Shown: positions 1 to 8,888, counted from the stretch's first letter. The stretch: DNA of 64,000 nt from Bacillota bacterium (GCA_023459675.1 JAEWTC010000088.1:1157-65156); one strand, 5' to 3'. Notes: generated by a model not told the origin, from the sequence alone. Numbers and translations are program-made.

Positions 1-51
1 GCGTTCGCCGTGCTCGGAGTGTTTGTGTTTGGAAGGAGGCGGCCTGCGTGA
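1..51 (+). CDS. 3' end of a CDS entering from upstream (possibly the first half of a split ChrA chromate-transporter pair)
   Basis: Frame 1 is open from nt 1 to TGA 49-51 (AFAVLGVFVFGRRRPA*). The stop overlaps the GTG start of the next gene (GTGA). Identity is inferred only from the common two-gene ChrA arrangement. Confidence 0.3.
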   Translation, partial: AFAVLGVFVFGRRRPA

Positions 52-605
52 TTTATTTGCAGCTCGCGTTCGAGTTTTTCAAGGCCGGTTTGTTCGCCGT
101 CGGCGGCGGGCTTGCCACGCTTCCGTTTCTGATGCAGACGTCGCTTCGGTATCCGCAGTGGTTTTCGCTGGACGACCTGATGCAGATGGTGGCCGTGTCC
201 GAATCCACGCCCGGCCCGATCGGCGTGAACATGGCAAGCTACGTGGGTTTCCACGTGGCGGGTATCCCCGGCGCCGTGGTGGCCACGCTCTCGCTGACGC
301 TGCCGGCGTTTTTATCCATCCTGCTGGTGATCCGCGTTCTGGACCACTTTCAAAATAACCGCTTCATCACGGGCGGCATGGAAGCGCTTCGCCCCGCCGT
401 AACCGGCCTGATTGCCGCCGCGGGGTACCTGGTGCTGCGGTCGGTGCTGTTCGCCGCGCAGGACGGGGTGGAAACGTTCCGTTGGGTGTCGCTGCTGCTG
501 TTTCTCCTGCTGTTAGGGCTGCTGCGCGTCAAGCCGCTCGCGCGCATTCACCCCGTGGCCTACATCGCCGCGGGCGCTGTGTTCGGCGTCGTTCTGCAGT
601 TGTAG
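48..605 (+). CDS. chrA: Chromate transporter family protein (short ChrA-type, 185 aa)
   Basis: GTG 48 with GGAAGGAGG at 31-39. Polytopic membrane protein with ChrA-family motifs FKAGLFAVGGGLATLPFL and ESTPGPIGVN. Confidence 0.75.
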   Translation: MIYLQLAFEFFKAGLFAVGGGLATLPFLMQTSLRYPQWFSLDDLMQMVAVSESTPGPIGVNMASYVGFHVAGIPGAVVATLSLTLPAFLSILLVIRVLDHFQNNRFITGGMEALRPAVTGLIAAAGYLVLRSVLFAAQDGVETFRWVSLLLFLLLLGLLRVKPLARIHPVAYIAAGAVFGVVLQL

Positions 606-753
606 GAGGGCTTGGGAAGCCCCGCGTTTCTTGACTTTGCCCGCCCGGTATGATATTCTTCGGTTGGCTGTTTCGGGCCGTATCTCTGGGAACGCGCCGC
701 AAAACCCTGCATTGCGATACGGTGCGGGGTACGGTTTTGCAACGGAGGCACAC

Positions 754-2154
754 ATGAAAAAACGGGTTCTCCAGTCGCAGATTCTTTCAACCAGTTTTCA
801 AGCGGCGCTCTATATCATCATTTTCCTGACGTTCTTCCTTCCGTTATCGATTACCAACCCGCAGATTATCAATATGAGCCGCACCGCCGCCATCACCATG
901 GCGACGTTTGGCGTTGTGCTGTTTATTTTAACCAACGTGTACGGCGGTTATTCGCTGGGGATCAACAAGGCCCGGTCCGTGTTCTTCTCCATCCTGATTT
1001 CCGTAGTGATGACGGATATCGTAGCCTACCTGCAGCTGCAGATCATGAACGTAAACCGGTACAACAATCCCCACCTGATCCTGTTCGGTGAGGATTTTCT
1101 GCTGTTTATCATCAGCGTGGCGCTGCAGACGGCGTTTATTTACCTGTTTGTGAAGCTCGGGTATTTTTTCTACTTCAAAATCAACCCGCCGGAACGCTGC
1201 TGCATCATCTCGTCCTCGCAGGAGCAGGCAGACCATATCGCGGAAAAAATCGGCACCTTCGTGCAGAAGTACGAGCTGTGCGATGTGCTGCATTACAACT
1301 GCGAGGATTTATACGAGACCATCAACGATTACGACGTGGTGTTTCTCTCCGGCATCCCGGACACCGAGGAAGCCCGGATCAAGGGCTATTGCTATAAACA
1401 CGGCAAATCCATGTACCTGCTGGCGGAGCTGGAGGATGTGATCGTATCCGCTTCCGCGCAGGTGGTGATCGACGATGCACCCTTTTTGTACACCCGGCGC
1501 GTGGAACCCTCGCTGACTCAGCGGTTTTTAAAGCGCGTGATGGATATCGTCATCTCGGCGGCAGGCATATTGCTGTTAAGCCCCCTGATGATCGCCGCGG
1601 CGATCGCAATCGCTACCACCAGCAAAGGCCCCGTTTTTTACCGGCAGGAGCGCGCAACCATCAACGGCCGGGTGTTTCGCATCATCAAATTCCGCACGAT
1701 GTACGACCAGGCGGACACGCAGGCGGAATCCGCAAGCGAGAACGACACGCGGATTACCAAGCCGGGGCGTATCCTGCGCAAGTACCGCATCGACGAGCTT
1801 CCCCAGCTGTTCAACGTGTTGATCGGCGATATGAGCGTGGTGGGGCCGCGCCCGGAAATGCTGGAAAACGTGGACCGCTATACGCGCGAGGTGCCGGAGT
1901 TTGAATACCGCAACCAGATGAAAGCCGGGCTCACGGGGCAGGCGCAGATCGACGGCAAGTACAACACCTCTCCCAAAGACAAGATCATTCTTGATCTGTT
2001 GTATATCGAACAGTTTTCCCTTTCGCTGGACATCAAGCTGATGCTGAGAACGCTGACCGTGTTCTTCCGGCACGACAGTACGGAGGGTTTTCAGGCACGG
2101 AAAAAGCACAGGACGATGCCGATGCGAACGCAAGCGCGCAACAGGGATCACTGA
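754..2154 (+). CDS. Polyprenyl-phosphate glycosyl-1-phosphate transferase (bacterial sugar transferase, WbaP/EpsL-like initiating enzyme)
   Basis: Track ORF is 631..2154. I prefer ATG 754 (MKKRVLQ) preceded by GGAGG 744-748. N-terminal TM helices; C-terminal sugar-transferase signature ITKPGRILRKYRIDELPQLFNVLIGDMSVVGPRPE. Confidence 0.8.
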   Translation: MKKRVLQSQILSTSFQAALYIIIFLTFFLPLSITNPQIINMSRTAAITMATFGVVLFILTNVYGGYSLGINKARSVFFSILISVVMTDIVAYLQLQIMNVNRYNNPHLILFGEDFLLFIISVALQTAFIYLFVKLGYFFYFKINPPERCCIISSSQEQADHIAEKIGTFVQKYELCDVLHYNCEDLYETINDYDVVFLSGIPDTEEARIKGYCYKHGKSMYLLAELEDVIVSASAQVVIDDAPFLYTRRVEPSLTQRFLKRVMDIVISAAGILLLSPLMIAAAIAIATTSKGPVFYRQERATINGRVFRIIKFRTMYDQADTQAESASENDTRITKPGRILRKYRIDELPQLFNVLIGDMSVVGPRPEMLENVDRYTREVPEFEYRNQMKAGLTGQAQIDGKYNTSPKDKIILDLLYIEQFSLSLDIKLMLRTLTVFFRHDSTEGFQARKKHRTMPMRTQARNRDH

Positions 2155-2175
2155 ACAGCAAACGGAGGCGGTTTC

Positions 2176-3081
2176 ATGGATCACACACTGCTGATTATGG
2201 CAGCCGGTATGGGTTCCCGGTACGGAGGCAACAAACAGATTGACGGAATGGGCCCCAACAACGAGATTTTGCTGGAGTACTCCGTATACGATGCGCTGGA
2301 AGCCGGGTTTAACAAGGTTGTGTTCATTATCAAGCATGATTTTGAGGACCGTATGCATGAGATCATCGGCGACCGGCTGAGCCGCCGTGTGAAAGTGGAG
2401 TACGCGTTTCAGGATTACAGCTCCCTGCCCGCCTGGTATACCGTGCCGGCGGGGCGCACCAAACCGTTTGGCACCGTGCACGCGGTGCTGTGCGCGCGGG
2501 AATTTCTCACCGAGCCGTTCGCCGTGGTGAACGCCGACGATTATTACGGCCGCGATCCCTACCGCACCATCTTGAAGCGCATCGAAACCTTGCAACCCGA
2601 GCGGGAAGCCTGCATGGTGTGCTACCGCCTGAAGAATACCGTAAGCGACAACGGCCACGTAACGCGCGGCGTTTGCGAAACGGACGCGAACGGAAAGCTG
2701 ACCAAGCTTACGGAAACCTATAAAATCCAGCGCTTCCCGGACGGCACCATCCGCGATACCTTTACCGATCCCGCGGGCGTGACGCTGGACCCCGAATGCC
2801 TGGTGAGCATGAACTTGTTCGGTTATACGCCGTGGTTTTTGGAGGTTGCGCAGCGCCGGTTTGAGGATTTCTTGAAGTCCCTGAAAAAGGACGAGCAAAA
2901 AGCCGAGTTCGTGCTGCCCACCCTGACCGACGACATGATGCAAGGCGACGGCTTGACCGTGGACGTGCTGACGACGGACGCGTCGTGGTTTGGCGTGACC
3001 TATCAGGAGGACAAACCGTACGTGCAGAGCCGGCTTCTGGAGATGCACAAACAGGGCGTTTACCCCAATATCCTTTTCTAG
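2176..3081 (+). CDS. Sugar-phosphate nucleotidyltransferase family protein
   Basis: 301 aa with the N-terminal nucleotidyltransferase loop LIMAAGMGSRYGGNKQ. Located between the sugar transferase and galE. Substrate cannot be told from sequence. Confidence 0.65.
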   Translation: MDHTLLIMAAGMGSRYGGNKQIDGMGPNNEILLEYSVYDALEAGFNKVVFIIKHDFEDRMHEIIGDRLSRRVKVEYAFQDYSSLPAWYTVPAGRTKPFGTVHAVLCAREFLTEPFAVVNADDYYGRDPYRTILKRIETLQPEREACMVCYRLKNTVSDNGHVTRGVCETDANGKLTKLTETYKIQRFPDGTIRDTFTDPAGVTLDPECLVSMNLFGYTPWFLEVAQRRFEDFLKSLKKDEQKAEFVLPTLTDDMMQGDGLTVDVLTTDASWFGVTYQEDKPYVQSRLLEMHKQGVYPNILF

Positions 3082-3097
3082 GCAGCGGAGGAAAACC

Positions 3098-4111
3098 ATG
3101 AGGATACTTTTAACGGGCGGCGCGGGTTACATCGGTTCCCATACCTATACGGAGCTTTGCGCCGCTGGGCATGAAGCGGTGATTGCGGATAACTACTACA
3201 ACAGTTCCCCCGAAGTTCTAAAACGGCTGGAGACCATCACCGGCAAGCCCGTGACCGCGTACAACGTTGACGTGCGCGACGCGCAGGCGATGGAGCCGAT
3301 CTTCTCAGCGCATGCGTTTGACGCGGTGATCCATTTCGCGGGCTACAAGGCCGTGGGAGAGAGCGTGCAAAAGCCGCTGCAGTACTACCGCAACAACCTG
3401 GACAGCACCCTGACGCTGTGCGAGCTGATGGAAAAGCACGGCGTGACGCGCTTTGTTTTCTCCTCCTCCGCAACCGTGTACCACGCTTCCTGCACTTCGC
3501 CGCTTTCGGAAACCATGCGGCTTGGCTGCACGAACCCCTATGCGTGGACCAAGTTCATGATCGAGCAAATACTCACCGATATCGCGGCGGCCAACCCGGC
3601 CTGGTCGGTTGCGCTTCTTCGGTACTTCAACCCCATCGGCGCACATGAAAGCGGCCTCATCGGTGAAGACCCCGTGGGCATTCCCAACAACCTGATGCCC
3701 TTCATCACGCAGGTGGCTTCCGGCAGGCGGGACGCGCTGCAGGTTTTCGGCAACGACTACCCCACGCCGGACGGAACCGGCGTGCGCGATTACCTGCACG
3801 TTACAGACCTTGCCAAAGGCCACGTGACGGCTTGCGAATACCTGCGGACCCATACGGGCGCGCTTGCGGTGAACCTGGGAACGGGCGTGGGCTACAGCGT
3901 GCTGGACGTTGTACACGCCTTTGAGCGCGTAACGGGCATCCTGATCCCCTATACGGTTACGGCGCGCCGCCCGGGCGATTTGGCCGTATCCTACGCAAAC
4001 CCCGATAAGGCCAAACAGGTGCTGGGCTGGACGGCGAAGAAAACGCTGGACGATATGTGCCGGGATTCCTGGCGCTGGCAGAGCGGAAACCCCAACGGGT
4101 ACCGGAGCTGA
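3098..4111 (+). CDS. galE: UDP-glucose 4-epimerase
   Basis: 337 aa. Rossmann motif LTGGAGYIGSH, catalytic YxxxK (PYAWTKF), overall GalE-like sequence. RBS GGAGGAAAACC before ATG 3098. Confidence 0.9.
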   Translation: MRILLTGGAGYIGSHTYTELCAAGHEAVIADNYYNSSPEVLKRLETITGKPVTAYNVDVRDAQAMEPIFSAHAFDAVIHFAGYKAVGESVQKPLQYYRNNLDSTLTLCELMEKHGVTRFVFSSSATVYHASCTSPLSETMRLGCTNPYAWTKFMIEQILTDIAAANPAWSVALLRYFNPIGAHESGLIGEDPVGIPNNLMPFITQVASGRRDALQVFGNDYPTPDGTGVRDYLHVTDLAKGHVTACEYLRTHTGALAVNLGTGVGYSVLDVVHAFERVTGILIPYTVTARRPGDLAVSYANPDKAKQVLGWTAKKTLDDMCRDSWRWQSGNPNGYRS

Positions 4112-4172
4112 CCCGATGCCGGACGCCCAGCCGCCGGGGGACGGGTTGCCGGTTGATACGATTGTTTTCCCT

Positions 4173-4200
4173 GCGCGCCGCAACCGCGGCGCGTTTTTTT
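4173..4200 (+). terminator. Rho-independent terminator after galE
   Basis: GCGCGCCGC-aacc-GCGGCGCG followed by TTTTTTT (4194-4200). Confidence 0.7.
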
Positions 4201-4363
4201 GCGCGTGCGTAAAGCCGTGCGTGCGCCATGCGCTTTGTAATGCTTCTGCACAAAGCCTCCATACAAAGCCGCCATATAAAATCGCTCTTTAAAGCCGTCG
4301 CGCAACGTCGCAGCACAAACCGCCGCTCAGAGCCGCTGTGCAGAGCCGCCGTACAAAATCGCC

Positions 4364-4545
4364 CCGCCAGCATCGGTTCCCGCTGAAACCCTCTTTGCCG
4401 CGCAGGCTTGGGTTGCCCGCCGGAACCCGCTTTACCGCGCGGGCTTGGGTTTTCCTGCGGAACCAGCTCTGCCGTACGGGTTTGGGTTCTCCTGCGGAAC
4501 ACGCTCCGCCGCGCAGGCTTGGGTCCACCAGCGGAACCAACTGGG
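4364..4545. repeat. Tandem array of 37-bp degenerate repeats (4 clear copies + 1 degenerate leading copy)
   Basis: Copies at 4398-4434, 4435-4471, 4472-4508 and 4509-4545, plus a weaker one at ~4364-4397. Consensus is about CCGCGCAGGCTTGGGTTnCCnGCGGAACCnGCTnnn. The period is not a multiple of 3. Confidence 0.8.
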
Positions 4546-4571
4546 ACCTGCGCGCGATCCAAAAATAGCGC

Positions 4572-4600
4572 TTGACATTTGTATCTCTTTCGTTTATTGT
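4572..4600 (+). promoter_or_regulatory. Sigma-A-type promoter of the TetR/ABC operon
   Basis: TTGACA (4572-4577), 17-nt spacer, TATTGT (4595-4600). About 45 nt upstream of ATG 4647. Confidence 0.5.
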
Positions 4601-4646
4601 GACCATTATGGCTTTATTAGTCATACATTCTATTGGAGATGACGGT

Positions 4647-5246
4647 ATGCCCAAATCCTTTACGGAAACAGAGAAAGCGTACATCCGGGAACGGCTGCTG
4701 CGGGAATGCGAAGCGTGCCTTGGGCTGTACGGCGTTCGCAAAACCACGGTGGACGAGCTGGTGAAACGCGCGGGAATCCCCAAGGGAACGTTCTACCTGT
4801 TTTACGAATCCAAGGAAGCGCTGATATTCGACGTGATCCTGAAACTCAACACGGCCGTGCAGGAAACGCTGCTCCGCCAGCTTTCCGGCATGCGGGAGAA
4901 ACCGGACGCGCAACAGCTGACGGACATCATTTTCAAGCTCTACCAATCGCTGGACGGCAGCTTTCTGCTCCGGCTTGTGGAAAGCGGGGAGCTTGAATTC
5001 CTGATGCAAAAAGCGCCGCCGGAATTCGTAACCGCCAACGCGCTGGACGACGAAGCCATGATGGGCCAGATGATGGCGCTGTTCCCCGCGATGAACCCGG
5101 AAAAGAACCGGCTGTTCAGCGCGGCGCTGCGGGGCGCGTTTCTGCTGATGATCCACAAGAAGGAAATCGCATACGAACGCTTCGACGACATGCTGTACCT
5201 GATCGTCCGGGGCATCGTCATGCAGATGTTTGGAGAAGAACTATGA
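4647..5246 (+). CDS. TetR/AcrR family transcriptional regulator
   Basis: ATG 4647 (GGAG 4635-4638) is preferred over track start 4572, which lies in the promoter. N-terminal TetR HTH VRKTTVDELVKRAGIPKGTFYLFYESKEAL. Stop overlaps the next start (ATGA). Confidence 0.85.
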   Translation: MPKSFTETEKAYIRERLLRECEACLGLYGVRKTTVDELVKRAGIPKGTFYLFYESKEALIFDVILKLNTAVQETLLRQLSGMREKPDAQQLTDIIFKLYQSLDGSFLLRLVESGELEFLMQKAPPEFVTANALDDEAMMGQMMALFPAMNPEKNRLFSAALRGAFLLMIHKKEIAYERFDDMLYLIVRGIVMQMFGEEL

Positions 5247-6091
5247 TTACCGTAAACAACCTGACGTTCAGCTACACGAACAAGCCCTACATCGAGGGCA
5301 TGAGCTTCGACGTGAAGGACGGCGAGATCTTCGGCTTCCTCGGCCCGTCCGGCGCAGGTAAAAGCACGCTGCAAAAGATCCTGATCGGGCTTCTGCCCCG
5401 CTACGGCGGCAGCGTTTTGGTGGACGGCGCCGAGGCAAAGCACGCAGGTAAGGGGTTTTTTGAAAAGATCGGCGTGGACTTTGAGTTCCCCAGCCTCTAC
5501 GAGAAACTGACGGCACGGGAAAACCTTGCCTTTTTCGGCTCTCTGTACGGAAAACATCGGGACATCGGCGGCCTATTGCAGGCCATCGGCCTGGAACGGG
5601 ACGCGGACAAGAAGGTGTCCGCGTACTCCAAGGGGATGAAATCGCGGCTTAACTTCATCAAAGCGCTGCTGCACTCCCCGCGGCTTTTGTTTCTGGACGA
5701 ACCGACCAACGGGCTGGACCCCTCCAACGCGCGCGTGATGAAGGACATGATCCTGCAGGAAAAGGCGGATGGGAAAACAATTATCCTGACAACACACAAC
5801 ATGTACGACGCGGCGGAGCTGTGCGACCGCGTGTCGTTCATCGTGGACGGGCAGATCCGCGCACTGGACACCCCCACCGCGCTGATGACCCGCAACCACG
5901 CCGCAGCCCTCACCTATGCCTTCCGCACGCCGGACGGTGCGCTTTCACAGCGCACCGTGCCGCTTGCCCGCACGGGCGAAGACGATACCCTGCAAAGGCT
6001 GGTGCGCGACAACGCGCTGGTATCCATCCACTCCGCGGAGCCGACGTTAAACGACGTGTTTGTGGAGATCACGGGGAGACGCCTGCTATGA
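5243..6091 (+). CDS. ABC transporter ATP-binding protein (ABC-2 exporter type)
   Basis: Walker A GPSGAGKST, signature YSKGMKSRL, Walker B LLFLDEPTNGLD. Confidence 0.9.
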   Translation: MITVNNLTFSYTNKPYIEGMSFDVKDGEIFGFLGPSGAGKSTLQKILIGLLPRYGGSVLVDGAEAKHAGKGFFEKIGVDFEFPSLYEKLTARENLAFFGSLYGKHRDIGGLLQAIGLERDADKKVSAYSKGMKSRLNFIKALLHSPRLLFLDEPTNGLDPSNARVMKDMILQEKADGKTIILTTHNMYDAAELCDRVSFIVDGQIRALDTPTALMTRNHAAALTYAFRTPDGALSQRTVPLARTGEDDTLQRLVRDNALVSIHSAEPTLNDVFVEITGRRLL

Positions 6092-6771
6092 GATGGAAGT
6101 CTATGCTTGTTTCGGATATGCGCTTTCAATTCCGCTACGGTTTCTACGGCCTGTACCTGCTGTTCACGCTGATTTACGTAGGCCTGCTCGCCGCCCTGCC
6201 GGACGCATGGCGCGGCGACGCCGCGCTTTTGATGATCTTTACGGACCCGGCCGCGATGGGGCTTTTCTTCATGGGCGCGATCGTGTTGTTTGAAAAGAAT
6301 GAACGGGTGCTGGACAGCCTTGCCGTTTCCCCTGTGACGCCGCTTGCCTATGTGCTTTCCAAGATCGTATCCTTGGGGATCATCGCCACGCTGACGGCAA
6401 CCGCAATCGGCGCGGCTGCCGGGGTGATGCACAGGCCGCTACTGTTCGTGGTTTCGGTCTTCCTGTGCTCGTGCCTGTTCTCCGCGCTGGGGCTGACCGC
6501 GGCGTGCCAGACGAAGACGCTCAACCAGTTCTTTCTGCTGGTCGTGCCTATGGAGGTGCTGACCGCATTGCCGGCGCTCTATTGGCTGTTCTGGGGGCGC
6601 TCCGCCCTATGGGCGCTGCACCCCGGCGCGGGCATGCTGATGCTTTGCTCCGGCCGCGGCAGCACGCCGCTTGCCCTGCTTTCGCTGATCGTATGGACGG
6701 GGCTTGGCGTTTGGATCGCCGCAAAAAGGGTGCGGCGGATGTTCCTGTCCGTGGGAGGGATTACGTTATGA
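6088..6771 (+). CDS. ABC-2 type exporter permease
   Basis: ATG 6088 overlaps the ATPase stop (ATGA); the track ORF 5821..6771 is an upstream extension. About 6 predicted TM helices (MRWKSMLVSDMRFQFRYGFYGLYLLF...). Confidence 0.7.
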   Translation: MRWKSMLVSDMRFQFRYGFYGLYLLFTLIYVGLLAALPDAWRGDAALLMIFTDPAAMGLFFMGAIVLFEKNERVLDSLAVSPVTPLAYVLSKIVSLGIIATLTATAIGAAAGVMHRPLLFVVSVFLCSCLFSALGLTAACQTKTLNQFFLLVVPMEVLTALPALYWLFWGRSALWALHPGAGMLMLCSGRGSTPLALLSLIVWTGLGVWIAAKRVRRMFLSVGGITL

Positions 6772-7478
6772 AGCCGTATACGCGTTCGCTTGCCATGTTC
6801 CTCCGGCAGATCAGGGCGGACAGCATGCTGCTGGTGTTCTGCTTCCTGCCGTTCGTCGTTGCGGCGGTGTTCCGCTTCGGCGTTCCGTTTCTGGAGGCGC
6901 AGCTGTGCGGCTGGCTTGGGGCGGCCTCCGTGCTGGCGGGGTACTACCTGCTGTTCGATCTGTTTTTGGCGGTATTCGCGCCTTACTTTCTCGTATTCCT
7001 CTCCGCCATGGTGATGCTTACGGAAATTGACGAGCACATTGCCGCTTACCTGGCGGTAACGCCAGTCGGCAGGCGCGGCTATCTGATGTCGCGCTTGCTG
7101 TACCCGTCGCTGGCCGCGGCGCTTATCTCCGAGGCGCTGCTTGCGGTTTGCTCTCTCACGCGCTGGGCGGCAGGAAACGCTCTCCTGCTCTGCCTGCTTT
7201 CCGCGCTTGTGTGCCTTCCCGTTGCGATGATGATCGTGACCTTCTCCCGCAACCGCGTGGAAGGCATGGCGCTTGCGAAGCTTGCGGGGCTATTCCTGTT
7301 CGGGCTGCCCGTTCCGTTCTTCCTCACGGGCGGCGCGCAGTATCTGTTTTCCTTCTTGCCGTCGTTCTGGATTGCCAAGGCGTTTACGGCAAACGGCTGG
7401 TTTGCGCTTGCGGCCGCCGCCGTATCGATGCTCTGGACCGGCGGGTTGTACCGGCGGTTTACGCGCAGGCTGCTTTGA
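6768..7478 (+). CDS. ABC-2 type exporter permease (second subunit)
   Basis: ATG 6768 overlaps the previous stop (ATGA); track ORF 6465..7478 is an extension. Hydrophobic polytopic protein (MKPYTRSLAMFLRQIRADSMLLVFCFLPF...). Confidence 0.7.
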   Translation: MKPYTRSLAMFLRQIRADSMLLVFCFLPFVVAAVFRFGVPFLEAQLCGWLGAASVLAGYYLLFDLFLAVFAPYFLVFLSAMVMLTEIDEHIAAYLAVTPVGRRGYLMSRLLYPSLAAALISEALLAVCSLTRWAAGNALLLCLLSALVCLPVAMMIVTFSRNRVEGMALAKLAGLFLFGLPVPFFLTGGAQYLFSFLPSFWIAKAFTANGWFALAAAAVSMLWTGGLYRRFTRRLL

Positions 7479-7503
7479 TCCATCCCACGGATTATGGTAT
7501 AAT
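7475..7503 (+). promoter_or_regulatory. Promoter with extended -10 for the small zinc-ribbon gene
   Basis: TTGATC (7475-7480), 17-nt spacer, TGgTATAAT (7495-7503). Confidence 0.5.
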
Positions 7504-7586
7504 GAGGGAAATCCGGCGGAGAATATCCCATACAGAAATTGCCGCCGCAATCCCTGCCCGACCGACCCGAAAGTGAGGTAACGTTT

Positions 7587-7730
7587 ATGTTGAAATCCGG
7601 CGATACCCCCGGCAAAGGCACGTATAAGTGCACCAAATGCGGCAAGCTCGTGACGCTGGAAAAGGATACCGACGCCCTGCCCGTTTGCCCCAAGTGCGGC
7701 AACAAAACGTGGACGAAGGTGGAGAAGTAA
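7587..7730 (+). CDS. Small zinc-ribbon protein (47 aa)
   Basis: ATG 7587 with GAGG 7575-7578. Two CxxC pairs (CTKCG ... CPKCG). Own promoter and terminator. Confidence 0.6.
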   Translation: MLKSGDTPGKGTYKCTKCGKLVTLEKDTDALPVCPKCGNKTWTKVEK

Positions 7731-7744
7731 CCCCTGTGCAACCG

Positions 7745-7790
7745 GAACGCCCGTACACAATCCAAGTGTACGGGCGTTCTTTGTGAGTTT
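7745..7790 (+). terminator. Rho-independent terminator
   Basis: Perfect 14-bp stem GAACGCCCGTACAC-aatccaa-GTGTACGGGCGTTC followed by TTTGTGAGTTT. Confidence 0.7.
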
Positions 7791-7813
7791 GCGTTCCGGG
7801 GAACGTGGCGAAA

Positions 7814-8068
7814 CTAGTTCAGATCCATCCACTTCGCCGTTACGCCATCCAGCGCGTTCAGCTCGGCCGTCAGGCGTTCCACCTCCGCCAACGTGCCGCA
7901 GGGCTGGAGTACGATGATGCCGTAGTTCGCGCAGCTGGTTTCATCCACCTCGTGCAAGCCGAGCCGCGTTTTGATGACGCAGCCGTTCTTCGTAAGCGTT
8001 TCCTGAAAGTGAAGGGCATTGGCGACGCGGTTGTCCATCCGCACGCCGATCAGGGTATTACACTGCAT
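7814..8068 (-). CDS. Small ACT-like regulator, TM1266 family (annotated elsewhere as putative iron-only hydrogenase system regulator)
   Basis: 84 aa, RBS AGGAGG before ATG 8068. The pattern IGV..(helix)..IKTRLGL..GIIVLQ..LTAELNALDGVTAK resembles the TM1266-type fold from memory. No hyd maturase genes in this window. Confidence 0.5.
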   Translation of the reverse strand: MQCNTLIGVRMDNRVANALHFQETLTKNGCVIKTRLGLHEVDETSCANYGIIVLQPCGTLAEVERLTAELNALDGVTAKWMDLN

Positions 8069-8181
8069 GGTTCTGCCTCCTATAATCCGCCGGAGCCGCG
8101 CCCGGCATCGTTAATTTCTACATCACAGTATACCCGATCCGCGTCCGTATAAACCGAATGCGCCGAATTTTCGTTTTCCCA

Positions 8182-8210
8182 TTCCAAAATTCGCGGGGTA
8201 AGGGTATAAT
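8182..8210 (+). promoter_or_regulatory. Promoter of xpt
   Basis: TTCCAA (8182-8187), 17-nt spacer, TATAAT (8205-8210). This leaves only a ~40-nt leader. Confidence 0.55.
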
Positions 8211-8255
8211 AACCACAATATACATTTTGCCGATGGCATAGATGGAGATGGAACG

Positions 8256-8825
8256 ATGGAGTTATTGAAATCCCGCATTCTCACAGACGGCAAGGTGAAA
8301 GACGAGCAGATTATCAAGGTGGACGGTTTTTTGAACCATCAGATTGATATCGAGCTCATGCACGAGATCAGCCGGGAGTTCAAGCGCCTGTTCCAGCAGG
8401 AGAAGATTACCAAGGTCATCACCATTGAGGCCAGCGGGATCGCGGTTGCGTGCTTTACGGCGCTGCAGTTCCACGTACCGCTGGTGTTTGCCAAAAAATC
8501 CGAAAGCAAGAACATCGACGGCGCGGTATACCAAACGGTTGTGACCAGCTTCACCCGGGGCCGTGATTATACCGTGATCCTGGAGAAGAAGTACCTGTCC
8601 AAAAACGACCGCATCCTCATCATCGACGATATTCTGGCCACCGGCAAGGCGCAGCGCGGCCTGCTGGACATCAGCGCGCAGGCGGGCGCGGAGGTTGCGG
8701 GCATCGGCGTGGTGATTGAGAAAGGCTTCCAGGGCGGCGGCGACGCGCTGCGCAAAGACGGCTACAACGTGCAGAGCCTCGCCATCATCGACAGCATGCA
8801 TAACGGCACCGTGCAGTTCCGCTAA
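8256..8825 (+). CDS. xpt: Xanthine phosphoribosyltransferase
   Basis: 189 aa. N-terminus MELLKSRILTDGKVKDEQIIKVDGFLNHQID is typical of Xpt. PRPP-binding loop ILIIDDILATGKA. Confidence 0.9.
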   Translation: MELLKSRILTDGKVKDEQIIKVDGFLNHQIDIELMHEISREFKRLFQQEKITKVITIEASGIAVACFTALQFHVPLVFAKKSESKNIDGAVYQTVVTSFTRGRDYTVILEKKYLSKNDRILIIDDILATGKAQRGLLDISAQAGAEVAGIGVVIEKGFQGGGDALRKDGYNVQSLAIIDSMHNGTVQFR

Positions 8826-8844
8826 ATAAACGGCTCCAAAGCAA

Positions 8845-8884
8845 ACAAAACTCCCGCGCCCCAAGGGGCGCGGGAGTTTTGTTG
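8845..8884. terminator. Bidirectional terminator between xpt and the convergent ABC permease gene
   Basis: CTCCCGCGCCCC/GGGGCGCGGGAG stem flanked by AAAACAAAA on the left and TTTTGTTG on the right. Confidence 0.8.
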
Positions 8885-8888
8885 ATGA

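Noticed and set aside
4364-4545. CRISPR array, considered for the 37-bp repeats and also for the family-A/B repeats at 52627-53390.
   Set aside because: The repeats are contiguous with no unique spacers, the copies are degenerate, and no cas genes or leader occur in the window.
3957-4783. ORFs crossing the galE-TetR intergenic repeats (3957..4562 minus, 4289..4783 minus, 4338..4568 plus).
   Set aside because: They run through a terminator, the 37-bp array (period not divisible by 3) and the TetR promoter. Their translations are Arg/Pro-rich with no motifs.
8069-8255. Purine riboswitch upstream of xpt. The stretch TATAATCCGCCGG...GTTAATTTCTAC...CCGTATAAACC loosely echoes riboswitch core elements. 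A similar vague echo occurs upstream of guaA (16129-16260, minus strand).
   Set aside because: The P2/P3 helices and the L2/L3 and J3-1 conserved nucleotides cannot be formed. The segment overlaps the RBS/start of the divergent gene and lies upstream of the best xpt promoter. A covariance-model scan is needed for certainty.
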